Assembly (NCBI GenBank): GCA_023515725.1
Contig: JALDTO010000009.1
Coordinates: forward strand, 1-64,000
DNA length: 64,000 nt
DNA from: Amoeboaphelidium protococcarum X5
Taxonomy: Eukaryota > Fungi > Aphelidiomycota
Reading direction: 5' to 3'
The first letter of the stretch is position 1; each line of letters starts with the position of its first letter. Position numbers and translations under genes: made by a program. Positions 1-11,660 of this stretch are shown here, piece after piece. The notes under the pieces are model-generated. The model was given only the letters and a program-made list of their open reading frames with translations. It made no database searches and was not told the DNA's origin.

Positions 1-182
1 GTCAGACTATCTTGCGACACTTAGCTGAGGGATGTCGCCACAATCATCTGTTTCAGCGACGATTGGAGCGACATTTGACTGGAAGACATTAACGGTACCC
101 GTTGTTATTTCTACACTCTTATACGAAAAAAGTCCGCAGTAAAATGTCTCGTCTTCTTCTAGTACAATCTTCCAAAAAGCAA

Positions 183-254
183 TGGAGACTACCGGAATCG
201 AACCAGTGACCTTTTCAATGCAAATGAAACGTGCTACCACTGTACCAAGTCCCA
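183..254 (-). tRNA. tRNA-Ala(UGC), with two stem mismatches
   Basis: Reverse complement TGGGACTTGGTACAGTGGTAGCACGTTTCATTTGCATTGAAAAGGTCACTGGTTCGATTCCGGTAGTCTCCA folds as a cloverleaf: anticodon stem TTTCA/TGAAA with loop TT-TGC-AT, T-loop TTCGATT, G3:U70 alanine identity pair, discriminator A. U1:C72 and A12:C23 are mismatched. Confidence 0.85.
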
Positions 255-814
255 TGACAAGATGAAAATGTAGTCGAAAGGAAATTATTGAACTGAGCAG
301 AAGGTGGATCATCACTATAGTTGTTTAGAATTTCCCGTCTCACATTCTGTCTACAATACTCGCCTCCTAATTTATTCAGATTCAGCGTGAACACCTATAA
401 TTTTTGTACCAATCAACAATTAGCCGGGAATTCATCGACTGTATGTCTCAGGCAAAGTAGAAGATGCCCTCATTATCAAAATACTCAAGCGTATTCGTGT
501 AACATCTTGCGCGAACGAGTTTTTAAATATAACAGTCACTTGAACCGGAATCTGCTGTAAAAGTCCGTCTTTAGTCTGCAAATAAATGAAATAATATTAC
601 AGTGAAACCCCCCATGTTAATAGATATCGACATGAATATAAATGACAATCTGCAATTTAGAGTGAGTGAATGATGGATCTCGAATAAAGAACCGCCGAGA
701 TCAAATTCAAATCTTTGTTTTCTCTCATCATTAATTCTCTCCAACAACTAACTAAACAATTGAGTACTTACCAATCTAATCTGAATTAATAATAACTCAA
801 ACCTTTTTAAATTT

Positions 815-2076
815 ATGGCTGATCAAGATTAATTTGTAGCTGATCCTACCGCTGACACTGAAGTGTTAGATGATGAGCCTCGCAGTATTCTACTTGGTTT
901 GATCTCATAGCTCACTAAGGGTATGGACTTGCACAGAGTCACTCTACCAACCTTTGTGCTTGAGCCCCGCTCAATGTTGGAGCGAATCACAGACTTTATG
1001 TCTCATCCAGATTTGTTGATAAGGTAGGCTTTATGTATAACTACTGATTAACAATAATTTTCTTGTACGATATTTATTAAACATGTAGTGCTAGTAAAGT
1101 TGTCGATCCGACTGAAAGATTTGTCCAGGTGTTGTGTTACTTCTTGTCTGGTTGGCATATTCGCCCAAAGGGTGTAAAGAAGCCGTATAATCCGGTGCTG
1201 GGGGAGTTTTTCCGCTGCTGCTGGAAGTTTGCAGATGGAACGGAGGCATTTTACGTTGCTGAACAAGTGTCTCATCATCCCCCAATCTCGGCTTACTATT
1301 TCACAAGTCCAGAGAATCACATCTAGATCTAGGGTGAGTTGAGACCACGAAGTAAATTCCTTGGCAACTCTGCGGCAAGTATTATGGACGGGTATTCTAG
1401 AATTAGCTTTCCTCAGATGAGCGGCAGAGATGGTGAAGTGTATGAAATCACCTACCCCAATATTTACGCTCGCGGCATTCTGTTTGGCACCATGATGATG
1501 GAGCTGGGAGATAGTTGCACATTTAGATGTGACAAGAATGATCTGATGGCTGAACTGGAGTTTACCACCAAAGGATTCTTCTCTGGTCATTACAATGGTA
1601 TCAAAGGTAAAGTTAAGAAGATCAGTAGTGGGGAGACTTTGTTCAACATTTCTGGTAAATGGTCTGAGAAAATTCTGATCTAAAAGGCTGGCGGTTCCTC
1701 GCAGCCGTAAACTGTCCTGTTTGACGCTGAGCAATCAAAAATCGTGCCGAAATTGGTCGCTCCCGAGGCGCAGCAAGATGATTACGAGTCGAGAAAGTTG
1801 TGGCAGAAACTAACCGCGGCGCTGCACAAGAGGGACATGGACACTGCGACTGCGGAAAAGACTCTGGTGGAAGATCGCGAGAGAAAGATCAGAAACAGTC
1901 GCGAGACGGACCCAGCCACCGTGCCAGGCCATTGCCACCGCTTCTTTGTGAAAGATCCTAATCACGACTCGTTCAAGATTCTGGATGCTGATGCAATTTC
2001 AAAGATGCCACCATAGGAAGCAAAGTAGAAGCTGCACTCTTTCATCTTCCATCATCAGGCACCTGAAAGTAAATGA
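815..2076 (+). CDS. Oxysterol-binding protein, Osh6/Osh7 (ORP5/8-like)
   Basis: With TAR=Gln: MADQDQ...[52 protein letters not shown] signature; intron 1024-1088 (GT..TGTAG); ends TGA. Confidence 0.93.
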
Positions 2077-2191
2077 AATGTTTAACACGGCTTTTTAAGA
2101 GTATGTATGTTTTTCTATTTGATCCTTTGTTTTTCTCGCCGATTAAGAATCTGTTTAATTTGGGCCAAGGTATCGACGCAATAGAGTAACA

Positions 2192-2556
2192 ATGCTGAGT
2201 AATAATCCACAGCTTGCGAAATACTTTAGAAAGGTTGAATTATCATTCAATCCATTTGATAAGAAAAGCACCGCGTATAGGTAATTGAAATACATGACTC
2301 TTTTGTAACTGATCACTTTTTATGATTCTAATGTAGATCAGTGATTACACCATTTCAGCTGGATAACGTGAAAATGTAAAATGAACAACTACAATTGAAA
2401 TTGAATATCAGCTCTCAGGTAAAGGAGCCTAGTCTTGAGGTGGAATATAAAGATGGAACGCGTCAGACTTTCAAGCATTAGACAGAATCATATCAAGAAT
2501 TGGAATTGGAATTCTGTAAACACGCAAAGCTTTTATTCACTAATGACTCCAAGTGA
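2192..2556 (+). CDS. MRPL44: Mitochondrial ribosomal protein mL53 (yeast Mrpl44-like)
   Basis: MLSNNPQLAKYFRKVELSFNPFDKKSTAYR...EPSLEVEYKDG...FCKHAKLL resembles yeast Mrpl44 (KYFSKVIVRFNPF...VKVTYKD); intron 2281-2336. Confidence 0.75.
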
Positions 2557-3213
2557 AATTAGATAATAGATTATCCACTTGCTGTGTATTACTTTGATCT
2601 TGATAGAATGCTTGTAATTGCTTGGAATCTTCTGCATAAGGGCCTTTAAAGTTTCTACATGATATTACGCGCGTTACTACCCATGGGTGGTTAAGCAATC
2701 AAATTACCTCTCGAACAGAGACATCCAATGCGTATGTCGTCGTATATCCAACAGTGACGAGTTCTTCTACACAGAATAGACGTGGAAATTACATTCACTA
2801 AATTAAACATTTAAGAGTTACAATCAGAGAACGCCATTTAATCTTATCATCGCGTCTCATCTCCTAAATGACCAGTTCACGCTCTCGCTGCTTCTACTAT
2901 GACTCCATCATCTGTCTCTATCTCTCTTCTTCCTGCTACTACCGTCTAGTCTCTATATCTTTCAGCAACTATTCATTAGGCTATTACTATCTTTCTCCTG
3001 ATGATTATTGGCGTTGCTTCTTCTACACATAATCACAACACGACAATGATATTAACATATCGATAAGTCAAGTCTAACGCACTTGCAACGTACAACTTTC
3101 TCCTCCTCAGCCCGGCTAATATTAACGTCAATAGAGTCCACAATGTTCCAGATATCTGAGATTTTTTCTTTTCTGCTAGGCAACTTTAATTTTATTATTT
3201 TACTCTTTGGCAT
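2537..3213 (-). CDS. Hypothetical Q/R/E-rich coiled-coil protein, 3 predicted introns
   Basis: MPKSKIIKLKLPSRKEK...|KKQRQQ...EEERQRQMMESQQKQRERELVIQEMRRDDKIKWRSLI|...; three GT..TGTAG introns keep the frame open to a TGA; no family recognised. Confidence 0.45.
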
Positions 3214-3433
3214 TATTGATGTAATCAGCTTGTCTACTCAGTATAAATAAGTGAAGAGAAATTCTAACCGCGCTGTACTTGTAAGCTTTACCGAGCAACG
3301 GTCAATCGACATAGGAAAGACACAAAGAACCTACTGTAAATGTAGCATAATACTAAAGCAATTAAAATTTTTATTTAATCATACCCCTATGCACTATCGA
3401 TAATTTCCTGTAAACTAAATAACATTCTTATAA

Positions 3434-5845
3434 TCATTCCAAATCAGAGTCCACGTCTTCTGAATCGTCCTCCTCTTCATCGGAACTACTTGCTTAATGC
3501 TGGCTTAGATTCTGGTTTGACTGCATACCACCCTCAATTGCCATGTTATCAGTAGAGTTTAATGTATTATTATCACCACCAATAGAAGCGCTGCCTTCAG
3601 GAAGTAGATTAATGTCAGACTTTTTCTGTGTCGGCACTCTGCCATCCAGGATAGCCAACTCCTTGTTCAACTCCATGATCCGTTCTGCTGCGGCTTGAGG
3701 ATCAGCTGCTGAAGACTTTTACTTCTTTGACTTCTTGCCCATCACGTAATTCCACAATTTATTCAGCGTCAGATTGTCCAAGAGATCCATCTCAATCTCG
3801 ATCTCCTCTTATGGAGCATCTTTCAAATGAGGCAAGCCTTCCTAAATAATCTTCAACACAACACCCAACTTGGACTCTGGAAACTCTGAAATAGCATCCG
3901 AAAGCGTCTGCTTCTCTTCAAATGTAATCTCACGGATGACCATCTCTTTCTTTTGCTTACGTGGACGAGGAACTTTAGGTTGCTTAAATGGATTTGGAGG
4001 ACGACCGACTGGTTTAGGGTTTTCTGACTTGCTAGATCTACGGCTCTTCTTTTTCTTGTCTTTTCGCTTTTTCCTCTTGAGAGCCTCCAATTGACTCTGC
4101 AAGAACATGATCTGATTCTCCAGCAGTTGAACCTGAATATCATTATCATCATCGCTTGACGACTCGCCACCATCAGAGACTTCTGCATACTTTGGACGCT
4201 TGGTAACTGCTTTAGGAGCAGGCGGATGGCTGGATGCAGCAGGAGCCGCAACACTTGATGTCTATGCAGGAGCTGCCTTGTGGGGATGAGAGTCGCGCTA
4301 ATTAGACTTGTGGCGATCGTTCCACTTCTTCTCAAAAATCTCCAAAGCTCTCTAACCCATAGTATACACTGCATCTCCGGGTCTGTTGAAAGTGAGACAA
4401 TTATTGATCATAAGTCGGAAATCTGCTTCAAACTCTTCAGCACTCTAGTAATGACCAGAGTCGAGTCGCTTCTTCATAGTAGACAAATCCATAGGCTCCT
4501 TGATAATGTCAAAGTACGTTGGAATATTCAAAGCTACAGGATCAACCGCCTGATAGAAAGGGAACATGAACTGACGATGCAGAGGCTTCATCATCTCCTT
4601 CCAAATGTTCTAACACATCTTCATATCTTCAGCACTTCTAGCACTCTTTCTTCTCTCGGCCAATTCTTCAGAGGTTGGTCTCTTCTTTGGACTTTCAATA
4701 GCTTCATCACTAAGCGGAAGTCTTTTTTAAGCCGCATTAAAGTATTTCTAAAGATTGAGAGCACTATTATACACTGGATGATCAGGAGGATTGAAAGTGA
4801 AGCAATTATCAAGCATCAACTTGACATCATCGACAAATTGCTGATAGTTGGAGTATTTCTGACTGCTCATCTTTCTATCAATAGTGGATATGTCCATAGG
4901 ATTCTTAATAACATCAAAATATGTTGGAATACCAAGAGCAATAGGATCCACGGGAGCCAAGAAAGGCAAAGCATCTCCATGACGCTTCAAAGTGCGCAGC
5001 GTGTTCTTGCACCATTACATTTAGGCCTTATGAAGAACTTCTGACACCGGGGAACCTGTGACTGTACTTAACTGAGTTGTACTTACAGGTTGGTCTTAAC
5101 TAACGCTCTTTGCCTCTTCTTATTGCGGTAAATTATCTTCCTTTGGCCTAGTCTCTGCCATTTAAGCATCTTCTCGACTCTCTGCCACATGAGAAGGCTC
5201 CAATTATTGACTCTCGGCCTCTGTATCCATCTCATTCGATTGCTACTTCACATGCAAAATCTCTTAAGACTACTACTGCTACTGCTACTAATACTACTAC
5301 TACGGGATATCAGCATTTACTTCAACTTGCATTTCATCTTATGGAGCAGCAACAATTTACGTCAATTGTTCAGCCTATACAATAGTCTCAGACGGCTAAG
5401 CAACGTCGATATTCTCTTGAGGTAAAGTAGGAGGCAAGTCGCTCATCTGAGAAGCATTTGCCACTGAGCTGGTTGCCTCTGCATTGACAGATGATACATC
5501 GTTAATAACCATAGGAGCTTATCCTTCCTGACTATTTCCATTAAAATGCTCATGGACAATAGTCACCTCTTAAACTGAAGACTTTGGCACCGTATCCTAA
5601 TGAGCATGATACTAGCTAGTGATATTCTCATTTTACTGTTACTATCCCAACCCAGCTTCGTCTGCAATCTTTTACTTCTTCAGCAAATTCTCACTTTCGC
5701 CGTCATCACTCCAGACGGGAGCATTATCACTCACCAATCTCTTGTTATTCTCATTAATATTAGTCATATCAGTCAAAACCTACAAATGTAAATGATTAAT
5801 AATAAATATTCTAATAATCCATAAGATAGAATATATTCTTACCAT
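3434..5845 (-). CDS. BDF1: BET-family double bromodomain + ET domain protein
   Basis: Bromodomain 1 PFLAPVDPIALGIPTYFDVIKNPMDISTI...NCFTFNP, second bromodomain PFYQAVDPVALNIPTYFDIIKEPMDLST, ET domain ITFEEKQTLSDAI...EIEIEMD; ATG-only first exon with intron 5780-5842; ends TGA. Confidence 0.92.
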
Positions 5846-6095
5846 CAAGTCAGGCAGGAGTAGAATAAAAAATCTCGTGAAACACGAATTTTAAATTTTT
5901 TTGAGGAAGAAAAGAAGAAAAACGAAAATCGCGCGCTTCTTACGCGTCCCCTGAAATTTCACCGAGCCGAAACGACGATTTTTGAGGAATGAAGAGGTGA
6001 GCAAGAGAGAGAGAGGACGGTGCATGAAAAGATGGAAAATCAGGGGTAAAATGATAAAATGGTGGTTTATTTTTCATGAATTAGCATCATTATCA

Positions 6096-8207
6096 TCATT
6101 GTTTCAACTTTTTAAGAGGAGACGGTGGCAAGAGAGTTCTAAAAGCAACATCGCTAGTCATCAGAGTGTCATCTTGAGCGTACTTGTGTCTGAGTTAATC
6201 CTCATCGTATAGACGAGGTGTATGAATCGGCGGCGGTGTGACTGATCTCAGTGGAATTACAACTTGCCTCATCGGTCTTGGATAATTGAGATTATTATTA
6301 CTATTTTGAATGTTGGCGCGATTCCATTGAGGCAGCTGGTATGGATTCAAGCGCTGTGGCATCAAGAACTCATTATCATCCTCAGCATTGTCTTCAGCAC
6401 GCGACTTTTTCCTATCTGCAGCAATGAATGAGTGCACAATCTTTCGCTTTTATGGCTTCATCAATCTCAGAGGCTTTGGAGTTGCTTGCGGAGTATCTGG
6501 CAATGGAGAGTCTTTATAATACGCGACTGCAGCTTGTTGTGGATAGAATTACTACGGAGGCTACTACTGGTGACCAAATGGCTACTATTGCTGAGGTTGG
6601 AAGTTCATTTCCTACGGAAGCAGAGCTTGTCTTGATCCATATGGTGAGTAGGCTGCAGGAGAATCATACCCAGCGAAATTACCAGGATACTATAATTACT
6701 GCATGTTCGGCTACTAAGGTGGTGCCATAGACATAATCTTAAAACTCTTATCGGCCTTCTATCGACTGTTGGCCTTATACTTCTGAAAGCAGATACACAG
6801 AATAGCAAGAAAGAACACACTTCCAATACCAAGCAATGCATACAACACGTAAGTCATAATATTATTATGATTCCCATTCTGAGGAACCAGAGAATTCGGA
6901 TCAGCCAAATTTACCAAATTCTGTGCAGATTCACCATCAGCAAACATTTGTTGCAAGAGTACATTGGGAGAATTCCTGACATTCTGCAACTTGTCCTTTA
7001 CACCGGCTTTGACAATAGCATCCAAGACTTATTTAGGCGATGCCTGTGGATTCTTTTCCAAGTACAAAGCTGCCATACCAACCACAAAAGGCGTAGCTTG
7101 AGAAGTTCCACTCATAACACGATATTTACCATAAGCACTGACTGAAAGAATATCTGAGCCAGGAGCAAACAGACTGAGACACAAGCCAAAGTTCGAGAAG
7201 GCAGCTCTATTGTCACCGTTATCGATGGCTCCGACTTTGAAAGCAGATGGAGTATTACCCGGAGTGCCTGTACATGCATTGTTGTTGGAGTTTCCCGCAG
7301 CTGCAAAGACAGCTATGCCAGCATTCGCGACTCTGCTGATCGCAGCATCTAGAGATTAAATAACGGGATACGTGCCATCCGGATTAGCTCCTTGACCCAA
7401 CGAAATGTTAATAACCGCCGGACCTTTATTGTTCGCCAGAATCCAGTCTAAGGCAGCCACCACATCAGAATTCTGGGTCACAGAGTCACAGCCAACAACG
7501 CGTAATGCAGCAATTTTAACTAGCTTTGCCACACCAACATTTGTACCACCAATGATACCTGCAACATGCGAGCCGTGTTTAGTGCAATCGGCTTAACCCT
7601 CAGACTTGATAGATTCAGATACGTAGACAGTTGAGGCTCTACCATTAAATTCGGGGTGATCAGAGTCAATACCACTGTCAATTGTATACGCAGTAACTCC
7701 TTGTCCAGTGGCGCTGAATTTAAACTGCCCACTCAACGGCAGATCCTATTAATCTATTCTGTCTAGGCCCCACATGAATCTGTTAGTTTCCTGAGTTTAC
7801 TGATGATAGAGACGACAATCTTCTTCGATGTATTCAATGTAAGGTATCCGCCTCAGCTGGTCCAATGGCAATTATACGCTCACCTTCACCAAATATCCAT
7901 TAAACACATAGGTCAATCTCTGGACGATATTCAATCCCATTAGCTGAAGAAGACCAGCGACCTTATCCACAATGGACGCGTCCACACTGTCCTTCAATTT
8001 TATAATGTAGCTATTTTACACTTTAGAAGCATTGTTCATGGAGTGATAATTGAAAGCATTTAACGAGGCATTGCTGGACACATTGGCCGCACTGAGAAGA
8101 GATTACAGCGCCAACTCATATTGTCTCAAATCCAGAGAGAGCGCCGCCGTGTTATTCAAAGCACTTAACAGCACAGTCACGCAAAGTAGTAAAAAGCGCG
8201 ATATCAT
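6096..8207 (-). CDS. Subtilisin-like S8 (proteinase K family) protease with signal peptide, I9 propeptide, TM helix and long cytoplasmic tail (703 aa)
   Basis: Single open frame with TAR=Gln: WGLDRIDQ, IDSGID (Asp), HGSHVAG (His), AAGNSN, SGTSQATP (Ser); TM YVLYALLGIGSVFFLAILCICF. Confidence 0.92.
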
Positions 8208-8415
8208 TTATAAATGCGTAAATTATCGTGCTTTTTAGTGGAAGCTTTGTTATAATTGTGATGCTTACACTGATCCAACAAAGTATAAAAATCAAAATTA
8301 AGATCGTAAGTTTAATCAATCAAATCATTGAGAAGAAGAATAGGTATTTAAAGCAAGCGTGGCACTAATATAGTAATTCACACCTGAGCCAAATCATGCG
8401 GGCCAATCAATGGGA

Positions 8416-8982
8416 TCACTGCTTGCCAATCAACTTCTTGAATTCATCCACGTCTAAGCCTTCGACTGAGATCTGATGTTGCAATTACGTAATGGACGCA
8501 CCAACCTTGTGTAACCTGATAAATCGGACATATCTCTCATCAACCACCACGTCCTCAATATCATTCATATGCTGATCGCTGTCCTTTTAATTAGACTATC
8601 CATTTTCTGGCCCGGCGAGATCATCTTATTGTCGCGATGATACAAGGTCTTCTTCATCTGCTGCATTGACCATTTACTAGGAATCATCAACAGTATTATC
8701 ACCCTATTACTCGAGAGACTATCGCATAGAATTAACTCTGTATTCAAGCAGTTAGGCGTGTCTTTCTAACGCGCTAATATCGTAATCACCTTACCGGAGT
8801 GCACCCTCCACTAAAACTGTCGCTTAATTATGCAATTAAGTCATCTCAGATAACAGCTTTAGTCTGTATATATTCTTCATTTGACTAGACACCGGAAGGG
8901 ATTCGATGCGCTAATATTACTACCTAAACTAGTCTGTAATAGCCGGTTTAGTGGGGACATCTTTTCTATCTTACTCCATCAT
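8416..8982 (-). CDS. WASH complex subunit 3 (CCDC53)-like protein
   Basis: 188-aa frame open only with TAR=Gln; C-terminus DERYVRFIRLHKVGASITQLQHQISVEGLDVDEF resembles the CCDC53 motif DPRYARYLKMVQVGVP...MISEGLDPD. Confidence 0.6.
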
Positions 8983-9096
8983 TTCTATTCAATTTCGCGC
9001 TCGTTAAATAAAAGCGGAACTTTCAATTAATTTTCTTCTTTACACTAGCAGAGAAATCTAACTTTATATTTGTAACGTTTAGCAATAATCTTAACT

Positions 9097-10561
9097 ATGG
9101 TTCAGGTTGGAGTATTGGTACTTGGCGATATTGGGAGATCGCCTCGAATGATGAACCACGCCAAGTCTTTATCTCGAAGTGGATTTAAAGTTCAGCTGAT
9201 CGGATATGTTTGTAAGGTTATTGATTTACATCAAGTTGTTACACCTCTTAAAAAAAATCCATGTAGCGAGCCCTCTCCCTGATACTATAACTTAAGATGA
9301 AAATGTAGAAATTATATCGCTCCGACAATCTTACAGTCTTCCAGCGGGCTCCTCTAACTTGCTCTACTTGGCCTATGCTCCGGTGAAGATCCTGTTGCAG
9401 ACTGTCATACTTTTAACTCAATTGCTATGGTTGGCTACATTTCGCTTGCAATATCTCCTTATCTAAAATCCACCTGCCATACCGACCCTACCTGTTGTAT
9501 AGCTAGTGTGTCTACTGACTCGATGCAAATTGATGATAGATTGGCATAATTTTGGATACTCAATAATGGCATTGCAGTTGTCGCCAAAGCATTGGGCCGT
9601 TCGTCTGGCTCGATTGATTGAGTTTATCTTTGGTAGGAACGCGTACGCTCATCTATGCGTCGGCTAGTATATGAGGGACTTCCTCTTGAATGACGTAAAA
9701 GTTAGAGGTGAAGTATTGGTTCTGTATGACAAGCCGGCTTCCATTCCACACAAGTTGTCTGATGCTGATCGGCGACTCTAAATAGATAATCTCAGCTAGA
9801 GTATTGCGGAATTAAATCAGATTAGTCAATAAAACTACCGCCTTATTGTAAGCAGTACCAGTTGGACTGCTGATGAGGACTTTGGGATTCTATTGGATGC
9901 ACTCGTCCTCTACGATAGTATGTCTTTAAAAGATCCCTAGTCACTTCCTCCGATTCTCGCAGTTATTACAGGTACGACCTATACACCGATAAATATTTAA
10001 ATGAGATCGTTTATATATTTGAGAGTTTGGGTGTGTAGGTAAAGGTCCCTAGCGTGAATATTATGCTGCGAAAATTGACTCGATGAAGCTGCAGCGCGTA
10101 AAGATTGTTCAGGCGTGGTTGCCTTCAATGGATGATTATCATAAATTATTATCCATTGCAGATTTAGGGATCAGTCTTCATACTTCCAGTAGTGGACTGG
10201 ATCTGCCTATGAAAGTAGTTGATATGTTCGCTGCTGGTCTGCCTGTTTGCTCTGTAAAGTACAAGGCGATTCATGAGCTGATTGACTACAATGTTACTGG
10301 GAAGCTTTTTAGCACCAGCGATCAACTCGTTGATTATATCACTGTAAGTTGTCTTCTCTTGGTCATTGAAGTTATTATCTCTATATGTGTTTGTAGGAGT
10401 TATTTTCAAAGAAGAGCGGTGGTAAGTTGCTCAGCACGTTGAGGTAGAACGTCGTGGCAAAGTACAAGTCAGAAGAGCAGACTTGGAACTATCAATGGAA
10501 ACGTGTTATGCTTCCTCTTTTACACTCTGTAAAATCTGAATCTACCAAGATTAAGTAATGA
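9097..10561 (+). CDS. ALG1: Chitobiosyldiphosphodolichol beta-1,4-mannosyltransferase
   Basis: [22 protein letters not shown] (Q=TAA 9464), [35 protein letters not shown]; introns 9212-9266, 9972-10038, 10344-10396. Confidence 0.95.
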
Positions 10562-10726
10562 ATATATGAACTTTTTGTGTATTAAGAGTGGAATCTCTTT
10601 TAGTTATAGGACCAGTGCTGTTTACGACGATCAGCTCAACTTAGCTCGACGCGTGTCCAGTGATCTTCTTCATTAGAGTATTCTTTGATACTTTTTTACA
10701 GCCTCTTTACTAAAATATCGTATAAC

Positions 10727-11506
10727 ATGTCCATATTTTAGCCGAGTAACGTGATAAAGCTCACAAATGTGAGTGTTATAAGACTTAGGAAGAAGGGCAA
10801 GAGATTTGAGATTGCCGGTATTCCCAACAAGGTGACAGAGTATCGCAACGGCGTGGAGACTAATGTGGAAGAAGTGCTGCAGGTGCACACAATCTTCACC
10901 AATGTCAGCAAGGGACAGACTGCATCGCTGGATGAAGTGGAAAAGTGTTTTGGCACACGCGACATCAACACTGCTGTCATGGAAATATTGCGCAAGGGTG
11001 AGTTGCAGGTGAGCACTCAGGAGCGGAACAATCAGCTGGATGCGTTGAGAAAAGAGATTGTCAATCTGGTGGTGAATATGAGCATTAATCCTAGCACTAA
11101 TCGGCCGTATACCACGTCAATCATCGACAAGTGTCTTAATGATATCAATTATAATATCTAATCGTAGAAGAGCTCAAAGGTCCAGGCGATAGAGATTATA
11201 AAGTTGATCAAAGGGAAGAACGTTGTGCCTATCAATAGAGCCAAGATGCGGCTAATGGTACGTGTACCTGTCAAAGATAAGAAAGTGGTTAAAGACAAGT
11301 TGACATCATTTAATGCGGACGTTATTCATGAAGATTTTAGTGAGGAGTATGTGGTTGAATTCACAATTGATCCAGGGCATTACAAATCTGTTATTGATTT
11401 GACATAGAATGTAAAAGGAGGACGTGTTGATTTACTATCGGTCAACAATGAGTCGGACACTGTATCCTCAACTTCATCATTCACTGTTTAGTAATAATAA
11501 TTTTGA
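10727..11506 (+). CDS. SDO1: Ribosome maturation factor SBDS/Sdo1
   Basis: [57 protein letters not shown]; continuous with TAR=Gln to a TGA. Confidence 0.95.
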
Positions 11507-11660
11507 ATACAGCAATAAACTTTTGATGCGTGTTTATTTACTCGTGAGAATTCGTCAGTGTTGTTATATTTCATTTATCGTAAAGACTTCTGCTTTCTTT
11601 GTTTCATTGTCCGTACTTTTAAACAAACTGTCAATATACTACAAGTCGCCAGCAGTGAGA

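Noticed and set aside
183-254. Suppressor-type tRNA-Gln explaining the code
   Set aside because: The anticodon is TGC (Ala) with the G3:U70 identity pair; no UUA/CUA tRNA is in this window.
7-315. 102-aa ORF
   Set aside because: It overlaps the tRNA-Ala gene and has no protein family features.
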